From a virus (taxonomy: Duplodnaviria; Caudoviricetes), in the IMG/VR virus record IMGVR_UViG_3300049023_000059, positions 1 to 33,692 of that record: a DNA stretch of 33,692 bases, one strand, 5' to 3'. Below the pieces are notes generated by a model, which was not told the DNA's origin, did not search any database, and saw only the letters and a program-made list of their open reading frames with translations. How positions within the stretch are numbered: position 1 is the first letter of the stretch; each line of letters opens with the position of its first letter. The position numbers were made by a program, and so were the translations under genes. This document shows, piece after piece, positions 24,199 to 32,955 of this stretch.

Positions 24199-25514
24199 TC
24201 GTCGTCTACCTCGGGCGCAGTGGCGCCGGGTTCTTCGGTTTTGCCGGGATTCTTTGCAGGGGCGGATACCGTCGTGCCGGGGTCATACAGCTTGTCTCCA
24301 CCTGGGACCGGCGGCATGTTGATCCGACGGCGCACTTCGTTCGGCATGAGGAAGCCCGGACCCTGGCTGCCGCCGATGGCCTGCCGGAACCATTCGCCAA
24401 GTGACTTCATGTCGCCGCGAGAGAGCGCTTCCTCGTCGAAGTCGACGACGTAGGTCTGCTGGCTGAAAATCTTGCGGTTGATCTCTTGTTCGATCGCAGT
24501 CATGTACGGGGAGAGCGTGTAGCGCACGAACCCCTGCGACATCTGCTCGATGCCTGAGCCCCACGAAGATTGTTTCTCGTTCTCGCCGATCATGAACGGC
24601 GGCACGCCGAACGCGCGTGCGATGTCGATCACTTGGAATTTGCGCGCCTCGAGCATCTGCGCCTCGGACGCGGAGAAGGAAATCTTCTCGATCTTGCCGC
24701 CGGCACCGACTACGAACGGCAGGTGTGCGTTCTCGCCACCGCCGTAGTACTTCGGCCACTCCTCGCGGATCTTCGCTTTCTGCTCGTCGGTTATCTTGAC
24801 GCCAGCCGGATACGAGAGCGCTAGGCGCGGTGTGCCGCCGTTCGAGAATATGCGACCGCAGTACTTCTCCACCGCAAGCACGATGCCGACGGCTTCGCGG
24901 CACGAGTCGAGGATCGCCGAGCGCACCGGCTCGCCGATTGCGGTCTTGCCGCGAAAGTCGAGCATGTCGCTTGGGTCGACACCGTAGTACATGCCGTTGT
25001 CGTTCACGGCGTACTTCGTGATCCGCCAGCGGCGGCGCGACTCGTCCCATTCGCGAACTGGCTGCACGCTGCGATTGTCGAGCGGCACGATCTCGACGAT
25101 GCGCGAGGAGCGACCACTCACCGCGCGCACGATGCGGGCGTACGCGCGGGCATTCAGCGCGAGGCGCGGGATCAGCTGATCCCACATCGCCGCAGCGGTC
25201 ATGTCCTCGTTCGGCTGCTCGTTGAAGAGCCACCATAGGTCATGATCGTCGGCCGGCTCGCGAACCCATGCGCCGTTGTCGATCTTCCGGCGGAAGAACG
25301 CGAGCGGCATCGAAGTGATGCCGCCGGCGACAAGCGACGTGCAAGCCTGCACCGGGATGGCGCGAAGCGCCGTTTCGGGCGTGACCTGCACGCCGGCCGA
25401 CGTCGTCGGCATGAACAGCTCGGCGAACTGTGCCGGCGACAGGCCGGTCAGGTCGACCGCTTCGTTACTCGGCCCGCGGAACGCGGCGCGCAGGCGCGAC
25501 CAGAGGGTCGACAC
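24195..25514 (-). CDS. portal protein, HK97 family
   Basis: VTPETAL, LFNEQPNEDMT, FSNGGTP, AQMLEARKFQVIDIARAFGVPPFMIG, PNEVRR. Confidence 0.95.
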   Translation of the reverse strand: MSTLWSRLRAAFRGPSNEAVDLTGLSPAQFAELFMPTTSAGVQVTPETALRAIPVQACTSLVAGGITSMPLAFFRRKIDNGAWVREPADDHDLWWLFNEQPNEDMTAAAMWDQLIPRLALNARAYARIVRAVSGRSSRIVEIVPLDNRSVQPVREWDESRRRWRITKYAVNDNGMYYGVDPSDMLDFRGKTAIGEPVRSAILDSCREAVGIVLAVEKYCGRIFSNGGTPRLALSYPAGVKITDEQKAKIREEWPKYYGGGENAHLPFVVGAGGKIEKISFSASEAQMLEARKFQVIDIARAFGVPPFMIGENEKQSSWGSGIEQMSQGFVRYTLSPYMTAIEQEINRKIFSQQTYVVDFDEEALSRGDMKSLGEWFRQAIGGSQGPGFLMPNEVRRRINMPPVPGGDKLYDPGTTVSAPAKNPGKTEEPGATAPEVDDE

Positions 25515-27199
25515 TACAGCACCGTCACCAGGTCGCCCTGCTCGGTGTTCGCCATGGCGCGATTCATGGCCGCGCAGCAGGCGACGAACGGGTCGATCTT
25601 GTTCTCGGCACGTTCCTTCCGCGGATACACGTTGTCCTTCGCGTCAGACTTGGCGACGACGTTCGACATTGCCCAGGTCATGACGGGGTCCCCGTTGTGT
25701 TTGAGCGCGCGGTCGCGGACCGATGCCTCGATCTGCTTCATCGGCTCGGAGTAGTTGAGCACCGTCGGCCGCAGCTCGACGCACGTAAGGCCGGCGTCCT
25801 GAAGCTCGGTGACGAGCATCGTCGCCTGGGCGGGGTCGTAAGCAATCTCGGCCAGCTCGACCTGGCCCGCAAGCTCGACGAGATCGTCGAAGATTCGGGT
25901 GAAGTCGATAATGTTGCCTTCGGTGACGGTGAGCCACCCATCGGCATGCCACTTCCGGTAATGCTCGTTCTCCGGAAGCTGCACCGTCTCGTCGGGTAGA
26001 TAGTACCGACCGAAGCGCGCGTAACTTCCGTCATCGCGCGGGAACAGCAGCTCGAGTGCGGCAATGTCGACTTTGCTCGCGAGGTCCATGCCGACGAAGC
26101 AGCGCTTCCCCTTCATGGATTCAAACGTGAGGCCCGGCTCGAGGCATTCGGCCCAGCGCTGCATGTTGATGAACGCGTCGCGCGCCTGAACCCAAACGTT
26201 CAGGTGCTTCGTCTTGAACGTGCCTTGCTTGCGAGCGTTATTGATTGCGTCGCGCTGCTGTTGGCGCAGGAACTCGACGCTCACGCTCACCCCGTAGTTT
26301 GGGTTTGCCTTCTGCAGCGCGAGCTCGCTCGTCCAATCGTCATCGTCGTCGACGGTGTAGATGATCCCGAAGTGAGTCTCATCCTCGACCGTGCGTTCGC
26401 AGATCTTCTTGACCGTGAGCCAGTCGTCGTAACACGGACCCGCGAGGTTGTCGCCGGCGGTCGAAATGATCAGCGCGAGCGGCTGATCACGGGCACCCAT
26501 GCCCGTGATCATGGTGTCGACCTGCGCGCTTGTCGCGTGCTCGTGATACTCGTCAGTGATCGAGCAGTGCGGCGAGGCGCCGTCGCCAGGGTTGCCGATG
26601 ATCGGCTCGAATTTCGAGCCCTCCGACTGGCGCACCATGCTCTGCGCGTTGACCTCGAACCCGAGGCCTTCGACCATTTCCGGTTCGCGCTCGGCCATCT
26701 TCTTCGCGGGGCCGAAGACCTCCCAAGCTTGCTTCTCCGTCGTCGCGCCGGAGTAGACCTCGGCGCCGATCTCGCCGTCTTTCCAGGCCATCCAATGCCC
26801 GATTGGCGCGGCGGTCGTCGACTTGCCGTTCTTTCGCGGCAGATAGATCGACGCCTTGCGGAATCGCCGAAGGCCGGTGCGCTTCTGCACCCATCCGAAG
26901 AGCGACATGACGATGAAGCATTGCCACGGCTCGAGGCGCAGCCGGTGCGCGTCTGGCTTCTTCGGGTCCTTCCGCGCCCACTTGCCCTTGATGTGGGGCA
27001 GCAGCTGAATGAACCGGCAGACCCGCTCGCCCTTCTCGGCGTCGAACTTGTATGGGAACGCCTTCGCTCGCTCGCGCTTGCGATCCGCGAAGTGCCGCTC
27101 GCATGCGAGCCGGGTCCACTTCGAGGCCGGCACGCGGCCGGCGATCACGTCGCGTGCGTAGCGCTCGCCGAGCGCGACGCACGGCGCCGCCTTCTTCAC
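25514..27199 (-). CDS. terL: terminase large subunit
   Basis: LEPWQ, RRFR, PRKNGKST (Walker A), ITDEYH (Walker B), ISTAG, GMDLAS, KIDPFVA. Confidence 0.97.
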   Translation of the reverse strand: MKKAAPCVALGERYARDVIAGRVPASKWTRLACERHFADRKRERAKAFPYKFDAEKGERVCRFIQLLPHIKGKWARKDPKKPDAHRLRLEPWQCFIVMSLFGWVQKRTGLRRFRKASIYLPRKNGKSTTAAPIGHWMAWKDGEIGAEVYSGATTEKQAWEVFGPAKKMAEREPEMVEGLGFEVNAQSMVRQSEGSKFEPIIGNPGDGASPHCSITDEYHEHATSAQVDTMITGMGARDQPLALIISTAGDNLAGPCYDDWLTVKKICERTVEDETHFGIIYTVDDDDDWTSELALQKANPNYGVSVSVEFLRQQQRDAINNARKQGTFKTKHLNVWVQARDAFINMQRWAECLEPGLTFESMKGKRCFVGMDLASKVDIAALELLFPRDDGSYARFGRYYLPDETVQLPENEHYRKWHADGWLTVTEGNIIDFTRIFDDLVELAGQVELAEIAYDPAQATMLVTELQDAGLTCVELRPTVLNYSEPMKQIEASVRDRALKHNGDPVMTWAMSNVVAKSDAKDNVYPRKERAENKIDPFVACCAAMNRAMANTEQGDLVTVL

Positions 27200-27570
27200 G
27201 TGTCAGCGAACTTGTTGCCGCCGCCTTTCTTCTTCGGTGGCGAGAGCTTCGTTCGGCCGACTGCCGTCATTCCGTATTGCGAGAACCACTGCCGCAGCTC
27301 GGTCGCGATCGTCTTGTCGCCGGTGAGATCGAAGTCGTGCGCCAGGCGCGCCATGATCTTGATCGACGAGTAGTCGCTCGCGGTGAGCACGATCGGGTTG
27401 ATCTGGCTCACGACCTCGCGCCAGAACGGAACGATCGACTGATGCAGGCTCGGCGGCGGGTGGGGGTTGAACTCGCCCACGCCTTCGAGATCTTCGCGCC
27501 GCCGCTCCGGATGTTTGTCGAAGGACCCGCGAAGTTCTAAGACGTTCGACGGAGTCCGGGGACGAGCCAC
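27196..27570 (-). CDS. terS: terminase small subunit (P27-like)
   Basis: MARPRTPSNVLELRG, PPPSL, QYGMTAVGRTKL; directly upstream of terL. Confidence 0.85.
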   Translation of the reverse strand: MARPRTPSNVLELRGSFDKHPERRREDLEGVGEFNPHPPPSLHQSIVPFWREVVSQINPIVLTASDYSSIKIMARLAHDFDLTGDKTIATELRQWFSQYGMTAVGRTKLSPPKKKGGGNKFADT

Positions 27571-27700
27571 GGTCTCACTCCATTACGGTTCGGGGCGTGC
27601 TCCATTTTGGAGACGCGGAAATTTGACGGGGGCGCCGGTCAGCAGAGAGTGCTGCCAGGGTTTTGACCACCCGCCCCCCCCTAGGGGTAGCTAGGCGATC
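27571..27700. other. probable cos packaging region
   Basis: Between HNH and terS; minus strand GGGGGGGCGGGTGGTCAAAACCCTG...GACCGGCG resembles HK97-type cos regions. Exact cut site not determined. Confidence 0.5.
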
Positions 27701-28088
27701 CACCCTTAGGGGTCACTTGTCGTGTCCGGCCGAATGCCTGATCACGTGCCGTTCGTCGGTCGTGACATGACTTCGACATCGCTCGCAGGTTCGACCATTC
27801 GAGTCGCAGCTCTGGCGCCTCGGCGATGCTCTTCCGATGGTCAACCACCGTCGCAGCGGTCACTCGCTTCTTCCCTGCCTGGCAATCATCGCACTCGCAC
27901 AGCGGATGCTCGGCGAGGAACGCGGCGCGCAGCCGCTGCCACGCGCGATCGTATCCGCGGGCCGCAGCGTTGCCTCGATGCCTGTCAATCTCCCGGTGCA
28001 CACTCTTCACATGGGCCGCGCAGAACCTCGACGTCGTGAGCGTCCTGCACCCTGGATGACTGCAGGGGCGTGGCGCAGCCTTCGGCAT
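27681..28088 (-). CDS. HNH endonuclease (terminase-associated)
   Basis: MPKAAPRPCSHPGC, RGYDRAWQRLR, HPLCEC, ATVVDHRK, NLRAMSKSCHDRRT. Confidence 0.93.
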   Translation of the reverse strand: MPKAAPRPCSHPGCRTLTTSRFCAAHVKSVHREIDRHRGNAAARGYDRAWQRLRAAFLAEHPLCECDDCQAGKKRVTAATVVDHRKSIAEAPELRLEWSNLRAMSKSCHDRRTARDQAFGRTRQVTPKGGSPSYP

Positions 28089-28366
28089 CAGCTGTTGAAC
28101 GCCCGCAAGGGCCACTGCCGATTGATCGTGTCCCCATTGCTGAGCGTGGCCGTCGCTTCCATCTGATAGACCTGCGGATGAACGGCACCGCTCACCTTGA
28201 CGAAACTCTTCGCATTCGCGGTATCGGTGGATTCCGTACCCTTCACAAGCGGCGACGGCACGGTGTGCGTGACGCTGCTCAGCGTGACACCATCGGGAAG
28301 AACATCCGACCAGCTGATCTCGATCGTCGCGTTATCGCTCGGATCGAAGAGCAGCACACCGCTCAC
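28088..28366 (-). CDS. small virion adaptor-like protein (fibre attachment candidate)
   Basis: DPSD...ISWSDVL..G.TLSS.T...VKVSG......Y......TLSNG..I.R pattern recalled from phage fibre-adaptor proteins. Confidence 0.6.
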   Translation of the reverse strand: MSGVLLFDPSDNATIEISWSDVLPDGVTLSSVTHTVPSPLVKGTESTDTANAKSFVKVSGAVHPQVYQMEATATLSNGDTINRQWPLRAFNS

Positions 28367-28370
28367 GAGA

Positions 28371-28838
28371 TCAGCCTGCGCGCGCGATCAGAGAGTCGGG
28401 GCGCACGAGGCGCGACCAGTGCGCGCGCTCGCCGGCCGTGTTGCGCGCGACCTTGCCATGCAGGCGCAGCCACTGCGCAATCTGCGCGGCGGCCTGGTAG
28501 GGGGTACCCATGCGCGCCGCGCAGATCCGCACTTCAACTATCTGGCCTTTCGCCTTGACGCTGATCTTCTTCAGCGCGAGACGTTCGGGCAGCACGCGGC
28601 GGAAGCGGCTGACGAACTTCTTCTCAGCCGCGGCGTCATGCAGCACGCCAGCCACGTTGTGGCGAAACGAGTCGTCGCCGGCCGACGCCTTCGCGGCGCG
28701 TGCCTCGCGCTTCATGAGCGCGGCCAGCTCGAGCGCGGTAGCGAATTCGAGCGTCCAGGACGAGCCTGCGATCTGCAGAACGACGAGCTCGCCGCGGTCA
28801 GAGACCTTGACGGCGGTCCGCTGCAGCAGCTCAGTCAA
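28371..28838 (-). CDS. hypothetical protein with internal two-fold repeat
   Basis: VKVSDRGELVVLQIAG...FATALELAALMKREARAAKASAGD versus ISVKAKGQIVEVRICA...YQAAAQIAQWLRLHGKVARNTAGE; start uncertain. Confidence 0.7.
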   Translation of the reverse strand: MTELLQRTAVKVSDRGELVVLQIAGSSWTLEFATALELAALMKREARAAKASAGDDSFRHNVAGVLHDAAAEKKFVSRFRRVLPERLALKKISVKAKGQIVEVRICAARMGTPYQAAAQIAQWLRLHGKVARNTAGERAHWSRLVRPDSLIARAG

Positions 28839-29271
28839 GGGAGATGTCCAGCGCGCCGGCGGCGAAGCTCGGCGTGATGCCGTTCGTCACCGAGAGAGAG
28901 GCCGAGAGCGCGCCCTTCATGAACAGGTTCCCGGCGCCGCTCACATCCGAGCCGATGCCGTGGTTCGTGGTCGTGCTCGAGCCACCCGTCGCGGTCGGGA
29001 AGTTGATCGCCGAATCGTTGTCGACGTTGCCCGAGGCCACGGTCCAACCCGAGGTCGAGCGCGCGACGCTCGTGCGCGCGTAGCTCGTATAACCGGCCTC
29101 GTTAGAGGTCTGCGAGCCGGTTTCACCCGGATCCGCGGTGTGCAGGGAGATGTAGAACACGCCCGCTGTGGTCGAGCCGCGCAGGCCGGTCGCATCGCCG
29201 ACGTTCGCGTAATTCGCGTTTTCGAACAGCAGCGAGAGCAAGCCATTCTCGAGGACGTTTGTTGCGCTCAC
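28831..29271 (-). CDS. virion fibre/structural protein (Gp80-like)
   Basis: FYISLHTADPGETG, EAGYTSYAR..V, N..AINFP.ATG, GNL...GAL, PSFAAGAL. Confidence 0.75.
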   Translation of the reverse strand: MSATNVLENGLLSLLFENANYANVGDATGLRGSTTAGVFYISLHTADPGETGSQTSNEAGYTSYARTSVARSTSGWTVASGNVDNDSAINFPTATGGSSTTTNHGIGSDVSGAGNLFMKGALSASLSVTNGITPSFAAGALDISLD

Positions 29272-29471
29272 GACTGCACCTCGGTGTCATCCGCCACGCG
29301 CTCGGCCGCGCCGGCGTCGATGTACTTCTGCCCGCTCGCGTCGGACATTTCGATGACGGCACCCTTCACGAAGGGGACCTCGATCGCGTATGTGCCGTCG
29401 GCCTGCTTGCGCCGGCGCACGATCTTCACGCCGCCGTTCTCGACGACGTTCTGCAGCAGCCTGACTTTCAT
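29268..29471 (-). CDS. small hypothetical protein
   Basis: 67 aa, MKVRLL...FVKGAVIEMSDASGQKYIDAGAAE; overlaps the next start. Confidence 0.7.
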   Translation of the reverse strand: MKVRLLQNVVENGGVKIVRRRKQADGTYAIEVPFVKGAVIEMSDASGQKYIDAGAAERVADDTEVQS

Positions 29472-29480
29472 GGGTGATCC

Positions 29481-30620
29481 CTAGTGAATCCGAGGCCGTG
29501 CGACGACCTGGCGGGTTGAGGTTGCGGAAGCGCTTCGATTTGAACCGCGCGCGCCGGCTCGGTACGTCGGCACGATCTCGCCGTTCGCGTCTATGAGCAG
29601 GCCGGTCGCGCTGAACTGCATCACGCTCGTGCCGGCGATCGGCACATTCACCTGCAGGAACGATGTCGATGCGAACTGCACCTGCAGTGAACCGGCGAGC
29701 GCGCCGGTGCCGCGCAGGACGCTCGTCGAGCTGAACGCGACCGCGGTGCTGCCGACCATTGAGCCCGAGGGCGGCGTCAGAGTGCCCGTCGCGGCGAAAA
29801 CCATGCTCGACGTGCCCGCGAGCACACCTGAGCCGACGAGCACACCCGTGGGCGTGAACGACATCGCGCTCGTGCCGGCGAGTGCTCCCGCGCCCGAGGC
29901 CGTGCTCGTGGAGGAGAACGTCAACGCGGATGTGCCCGTTAGAGCGCCAGCACCGCGCAGCACGCTCGTCGTCGACGCGAACGCGAATGATGCGGCAGCG
30001 GCGAGAGCGCCGGCGCCGGTCAGCGTGCTCGTCGAGCTGAACGCGATTGCCGTGCTGCCGACGATGGCGCCGGCAGCCGCAAGGTTGCCGCCTTCCCAAT
30101 CATCGGCGCGCATCGACGTCGAGTTGCTGTAACCCGTGACACCGGCAGCGCCTGACGTGATCGACGAGTCGGTGCGCGTGCCCTGGCTCGCGCCGTTGTG
30201 TTTGACGGTGAGCGTCGTGCCGTTCGCCTCGAGGCGAAGCGTCGTGCTCGTCGCGGCGCTTGAGAACGCGGCGCCGAGCAGCGTCCAGGTTCCGGCGACG
30301 TTCTTAAAACAGAACCCGTTTCCGCCGCCGTCCTGGTAATACCCGTAATACGTCGCGGTGCCCGCCGCGGCATGGCGGACGCCAATGCCAGCGGCGAAGT
30401 TCGTCGTCCCTTCCTTCGCGGTCAGGACGCATTGGGCGTACTGATCGTTGTTGAAGGAATCCGCGGTCCAGCGCGCGCCGCACTCGTTGCCGCCGCTCGC
30501 AGGCGCGAAGGCGTTCGTGTTGATGACGAACCCGCCCGCGTTGATTCCCCAATTCGAGGAGTACGTCTGGAGGGCGGTCCCGTTCGTTCCCGTGAACGAA
30601 TCTGTCGCGGGCAGCGCCAC
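29481..30620 (-). CDS. fibre-like protein: N-terminal lectin/beta-sandwich-like domain plus about 8 tandem 20-21 aa repeats
   Basis: DSFTGTNG..L...W N-terminus, LRLEANGTTLTV, TDSSITSG..G, DDW.GG; then GAGALAGTSA.TF..T..L repeats. Confidence 0.75.
   Translation of the reverse strand: MALPATDSFTGTNGTALQTYSSNWGINAGGFVINTNAFAPASGGNECGARWTADSFNNDQYAQCVLTAKEGTTNFAAGIGVRHAAAGTATYYGYYQDGGGNGFCFKNVAGTWTLLGAAFSSAATSTTLRLEANGTTLTVKHNGASQGTRTDSSITSGAAGVTGYSNSTSMRADDWEGGNLAAAGAIVGSTAIAFSSTSTLTGAGALAAAASFAFASTTSVLRGAGALTGTSALTFSSTSTASGAGALAGTSAMSFTPTGVLVGSGVLAGTSSMVFAATGTLTPPSGSMVGSTAVAFSSTSVLRGTGALAGSLQVQFASTSFLQVNVPIAGTSVMQFSATGLLIDANGEIVPTYRAGARGSNRSASATSTRQVVARPRIH
29592..30074 (-). repeat. coding tandem repeat, about 8 units of 60-63 bp
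   Basis: Units such as GAGALTGTSALTFSSTSTAS, GAGALAGTSAMSFTPTGVLV and GSGVLAGTSSMVFAATGTLT. Confidence 0.8.
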
Positions 30621-30623
30621 GCG

Positions 30624-31229
30624 CTACACCGTGAAGGCTTCGTCGAACTTGTACGGCGTCGTCGCGAACTGCTGCCCGATGATCTGCAGCGCCTGGCGCA
30701 CCGTGGTCGCGCCCGTGATCGAGCTCGTGTCGACCCCGAGCGAAGTCGCCGCAGCGTTCATGTCGGTGCGCGAGGCGGCCGGAATCTGGCTCACGGTCGA
30801 ATCGAGCGAGACGCCGTCGAGGATCGACTGCCGCCCGTTCCCGACGTTGCCGCTGCGGATGACCCAATAGCGCTGGTTCCACAGGAACATACCGACCACG
30901 ACGCGCACGATGGTGCGCCACGCGGTCGACGTGTTGACCCATCCCCCGGGGATGTTCAGCGCCTCGAGCGCGTTCCGCGTCGTCGTGACGGCACCGGCGC
31001 TCGGGGTGTTCTCGAGGTTCGCGGGCACCGTGAGCACATCGCTGTGCGCGGTGAGCGTCGAGTGCGTCGCGCTGTCGGCGTCGAGCGCGACGAGCGCCAC
31101 GTCTTGGCTCCCGTAGTCAACGATCTGCCATTGCGCCGCGCCGAACTCGGCGAGGTACTTCGGGATACGAGGATCGAAGCGGTTCGCGCCGGTGCCAGAC
31201 ATCGGCATCAGGTGAATGCGCCAGGTCAT
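30624..31229 (-). CDS. hypothetical protein (first gene of the pre-terminase module)
   Basis: 201 aa, GAGGA RBS. Confidence 0.8.
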   Translation of the reverse strand: MTWRIHLMPMSGTGANRFDPRIPKYLAEFGAAQWQIVDYGSQDVALVALDADSATHSTLTAHSDVLTVPANLENTPSAGAVTTTRNALEALNIPGGWVNTSTAWRTIVRVVVGMFLWNQRYWVIRSGNVGNGRQSILDGVSLDSTVSQIPAASRTDMNAAATSLGVDTSSITGATTVRQALQIIGQQFATTPYKFDEAFTV

Positions 31230-31358
31230 GAATCCTCGCAGATGAAATAGCAGCCAAACCGCGGCAAAACGTGGCCCCGGTCATTGAGCTAACAATGACG
31301 CAAAGCGCGCTGGCTGCTGAACACGCGGCAGATTGTGCCGAGTGAGGGGGATCGGTAG

Positions 31359-31724
31359 TTAGTAGTAGAGACGCGCGGGCTTCGCCTTCTGCGCCCGCTC
31401 GCGCACGAGGAGCAGGTTCACCTGCGGAACCTTGCAGCCCTTGCGAATGATCTGCTCATCGATCGCGACGGCTCGGCCGCGAAGAATCGCGATGCGCTGG
31501 CGCGTACCGCCACGGTGCCGCATCGCCTGGTCTGCGATCTCGGACTCGACCGCGCGTGCCTCGGCGTCGAGCGCTTCGCATGGGGTCGCGGTGTAGTCGC
31601 GGCCCGAGGGGATCGGCGCGATACGCCACGGCCGAAGCGCGCAGCCCGTCAGAAGGGCAGAAACGAAAACGCCCGCGAGGATGGCGCGGGCGATTCGGTT
31701 CTCGTTGTGCGGACTGTCCGACAC
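31359..31724 (-). CDS. putative lipoprotein
   Basis: Hydrophobic stretch ending LLTGC (lipobox); further Cys in PCEAL and KGC; start uncertain. Confidence 0.65.
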   Translation of the reverse strand: MSDSPHNENRIARAILAGVFVSALLTGCALRPWRIAPIPSGRDYTATPCEALDAEARAVESEIADQAMRHRGGTRQRIAILRGRAVAIDEQIIRKGCKVPQVNLLLVRERAQKAKPARLYY

Positions 31725-31732
31725 TGCGCGTT

Positions 31733-31761
31733 TGTATACGTCAGCCGGAACTGACAGTCAA
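31733..31761 (-). promoter_or_regulatory. candidate pR'-like late promoter
   Basis: TTGACT, 17 nt spacer, TATACA, overlapping the Q-like stop; the spacer contains the inverted repeat GTCAG-N6-CTGAC. Confidence 0.55.
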
Positions 31762-32201
31762 TTCCTACGTTTGCGCGACCATTCCCAGATTCGAACTCGC
31801 GCACATTGCAGGCGCTTTCGGAACGCCCGGTCGCCGATTCCGAGCCGTTCGCATTTCTGCTCGCGGGTCCAAAGGCGCCCATCGTCGCCCACGCCCGGCA
31901 CGTACTCGGCCCATACCGCGACCGCTTCGTGCTCCGGCAGTTTGAGCCAGATCACGTGAGTGAACAGGATCCACGGCGGGCAGTCCCGGCACAGCACGCG
32001 GTGGCCGCGAGCGCCGCCACCGGCCCCGTTCAGGAACGCGGTGACGTGCTCGGCCGTGGGGTAGCCCTCGAAGTCGCGGTTCTCCCAGATCCAGTCGCCC
32101 CACGCCTTGAAGGCGGCCTCGATCCAGGAACGATCCCGCCCCGGGATGCGGCGGTCGTCTTCGGGCGCTTCCTGCACCTGGTCGGCGAGCACCGCGCTCA
32201 T
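31758..32201 (-). CDS. late antiterminator Q-like protein
   Basis: AFKAWGDW...GYP, KLPEHEAVAVWAEY, C-terminal HTH EQKCERLGIGDRAFRKRLQCAR; positioned before the late genes. Confidence 0.7.
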   Translation of the reverse strand: MSAVLADQVQEAPEDDRRIPGRDRSWIEAAFKAWGDWIWENRDFEGYPTAEHVTAFLNGAGGGARGHRVLCRDCPPWILFTHVIWLKLPEHEAVAVWAEYVPGVGDDGRLWTREQKCERLGIGDRAFRKRLQCARVRIWEWSRKRRN

Positions 32202-32728
32202 GCCTCACCATTCGCGGCCGGCGCCGTGCCTGGTCGCATCCGCGTATCCGTGCCGGTCAGCATCGCGTGCCAGTTCAGGCAGGCGGCGGCCGTGGTGATG
32301 ATGTGATGCAGGCGTTTCTGCTTCTCGTGGTCGCAGGCGGTGAAGTCAACGCGTTTGGCCTCGACCTCTGCGCGCGTGCCAGCATGCAGCGCCTTCCCCG
32401 CGAGGTACCCGAGCAGCCAGAACCAGTCCGCGTCCGTCTTCCCGGCATCGTGGTCGGCGGCCCATCGCTCACGCTGGTGAATCGCCTCCATTTCGACGGA
32501 GGTCAGGAACTCGGCCGTATGCGGCGTGTTGATCTGCGAACGCAGCCGATCCGCTTCCCGAATCGCGGCATCCCGCTCGGCGACCAGCGCGTCGTGGGTG
32601 TTGCACCGATGCGCGACCACGGCCGGCGAATAGAGAACGCCGTCGATCGTCAGCATCTTGAATCCGCCCTTTTCAAAACCCTGCCCGGTGATGACGGGCG
32701 TCGCCGCGGGCTTGGCTTCGGTGTTCAT
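32198..32728 (-). CDS. hypothetical phage protein
   Basis: EAIHQRERW..DHDAGKTDADWFWLLGYLAGKA...HHIITTAAACLNWH. Confidence 0.8.
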   Translation of the reverse strand: MNTEAKPAATPVITGQGFEKGGFKMLTIDGVLYSPAVVAHRCNTHDALVAERDAAIREADRLRSQINTPHTAEFLTSVEMEAIHQRERWAADHDAGKTDADWFWLLGYLAGKALHAGTRAEVEAKRVDFTACDHEKQKRLHHIITTAAACLNWHAMLTGTDTRMRPGTAPAANGEA

Positions 32729-32955
32729 CAGTCTGCGGCCTCCACCCGAAATTCAACGCCGCAGGCGCGGCAGCGATAGTCGTCGCAGCAGCCCTCAGCA
32801 CAGCCGCCAGCGTCGGCGAGATCGGCGTGACTCCATCGGCCGCCAGCGCCATGCGGCATCGGCTGCGCCAGGGTGCAGAGAAAGCGCCCGTTCGCCGGGT
32901 CCTTGGGCCACGTCGCCGCATCGAAGGAAGGCGCGGGCTTGGCTTCGGTGTTCAT
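32705..32955 (-). repeat. 24 bp perfect direct repeat at the starts of two adjacent genes
   Basis: ATGAACACCGAAGCCAAGCCCGCG at 32705-32728 and 32932-32955 (both encode MNTEAKPA). Confidence 0.9.
32728..32955 (-). CDS. small Cys-rich (zinc ribbon-like) protein
   Basis: RWSH, CAEGCC, YRCRACGVEF. Confidence 0.7.
   Translation of the reverse strand: MNTEAKPAPSFDAATWPKDPANGRFLCTLAQPMPHGAGGRWSHADLADAGGCAEGCCDDYRCRACGVEFRVEAAD

Noticed and set aside
29592-30074. CRISPR-like array
   Set aside because: The repeats are degenerate, in-frame protein repeats with no constant repeat/unique spacer pattern.
31263-31306. c-di-GMP-I riboswitch resemblance (GGCAAAAC...GACGCAAAGC)
   Set aside because: Lacks the GNRA-capped P2 and a recognisable P3 receptor, and lies antisense to the neighbouring genes.
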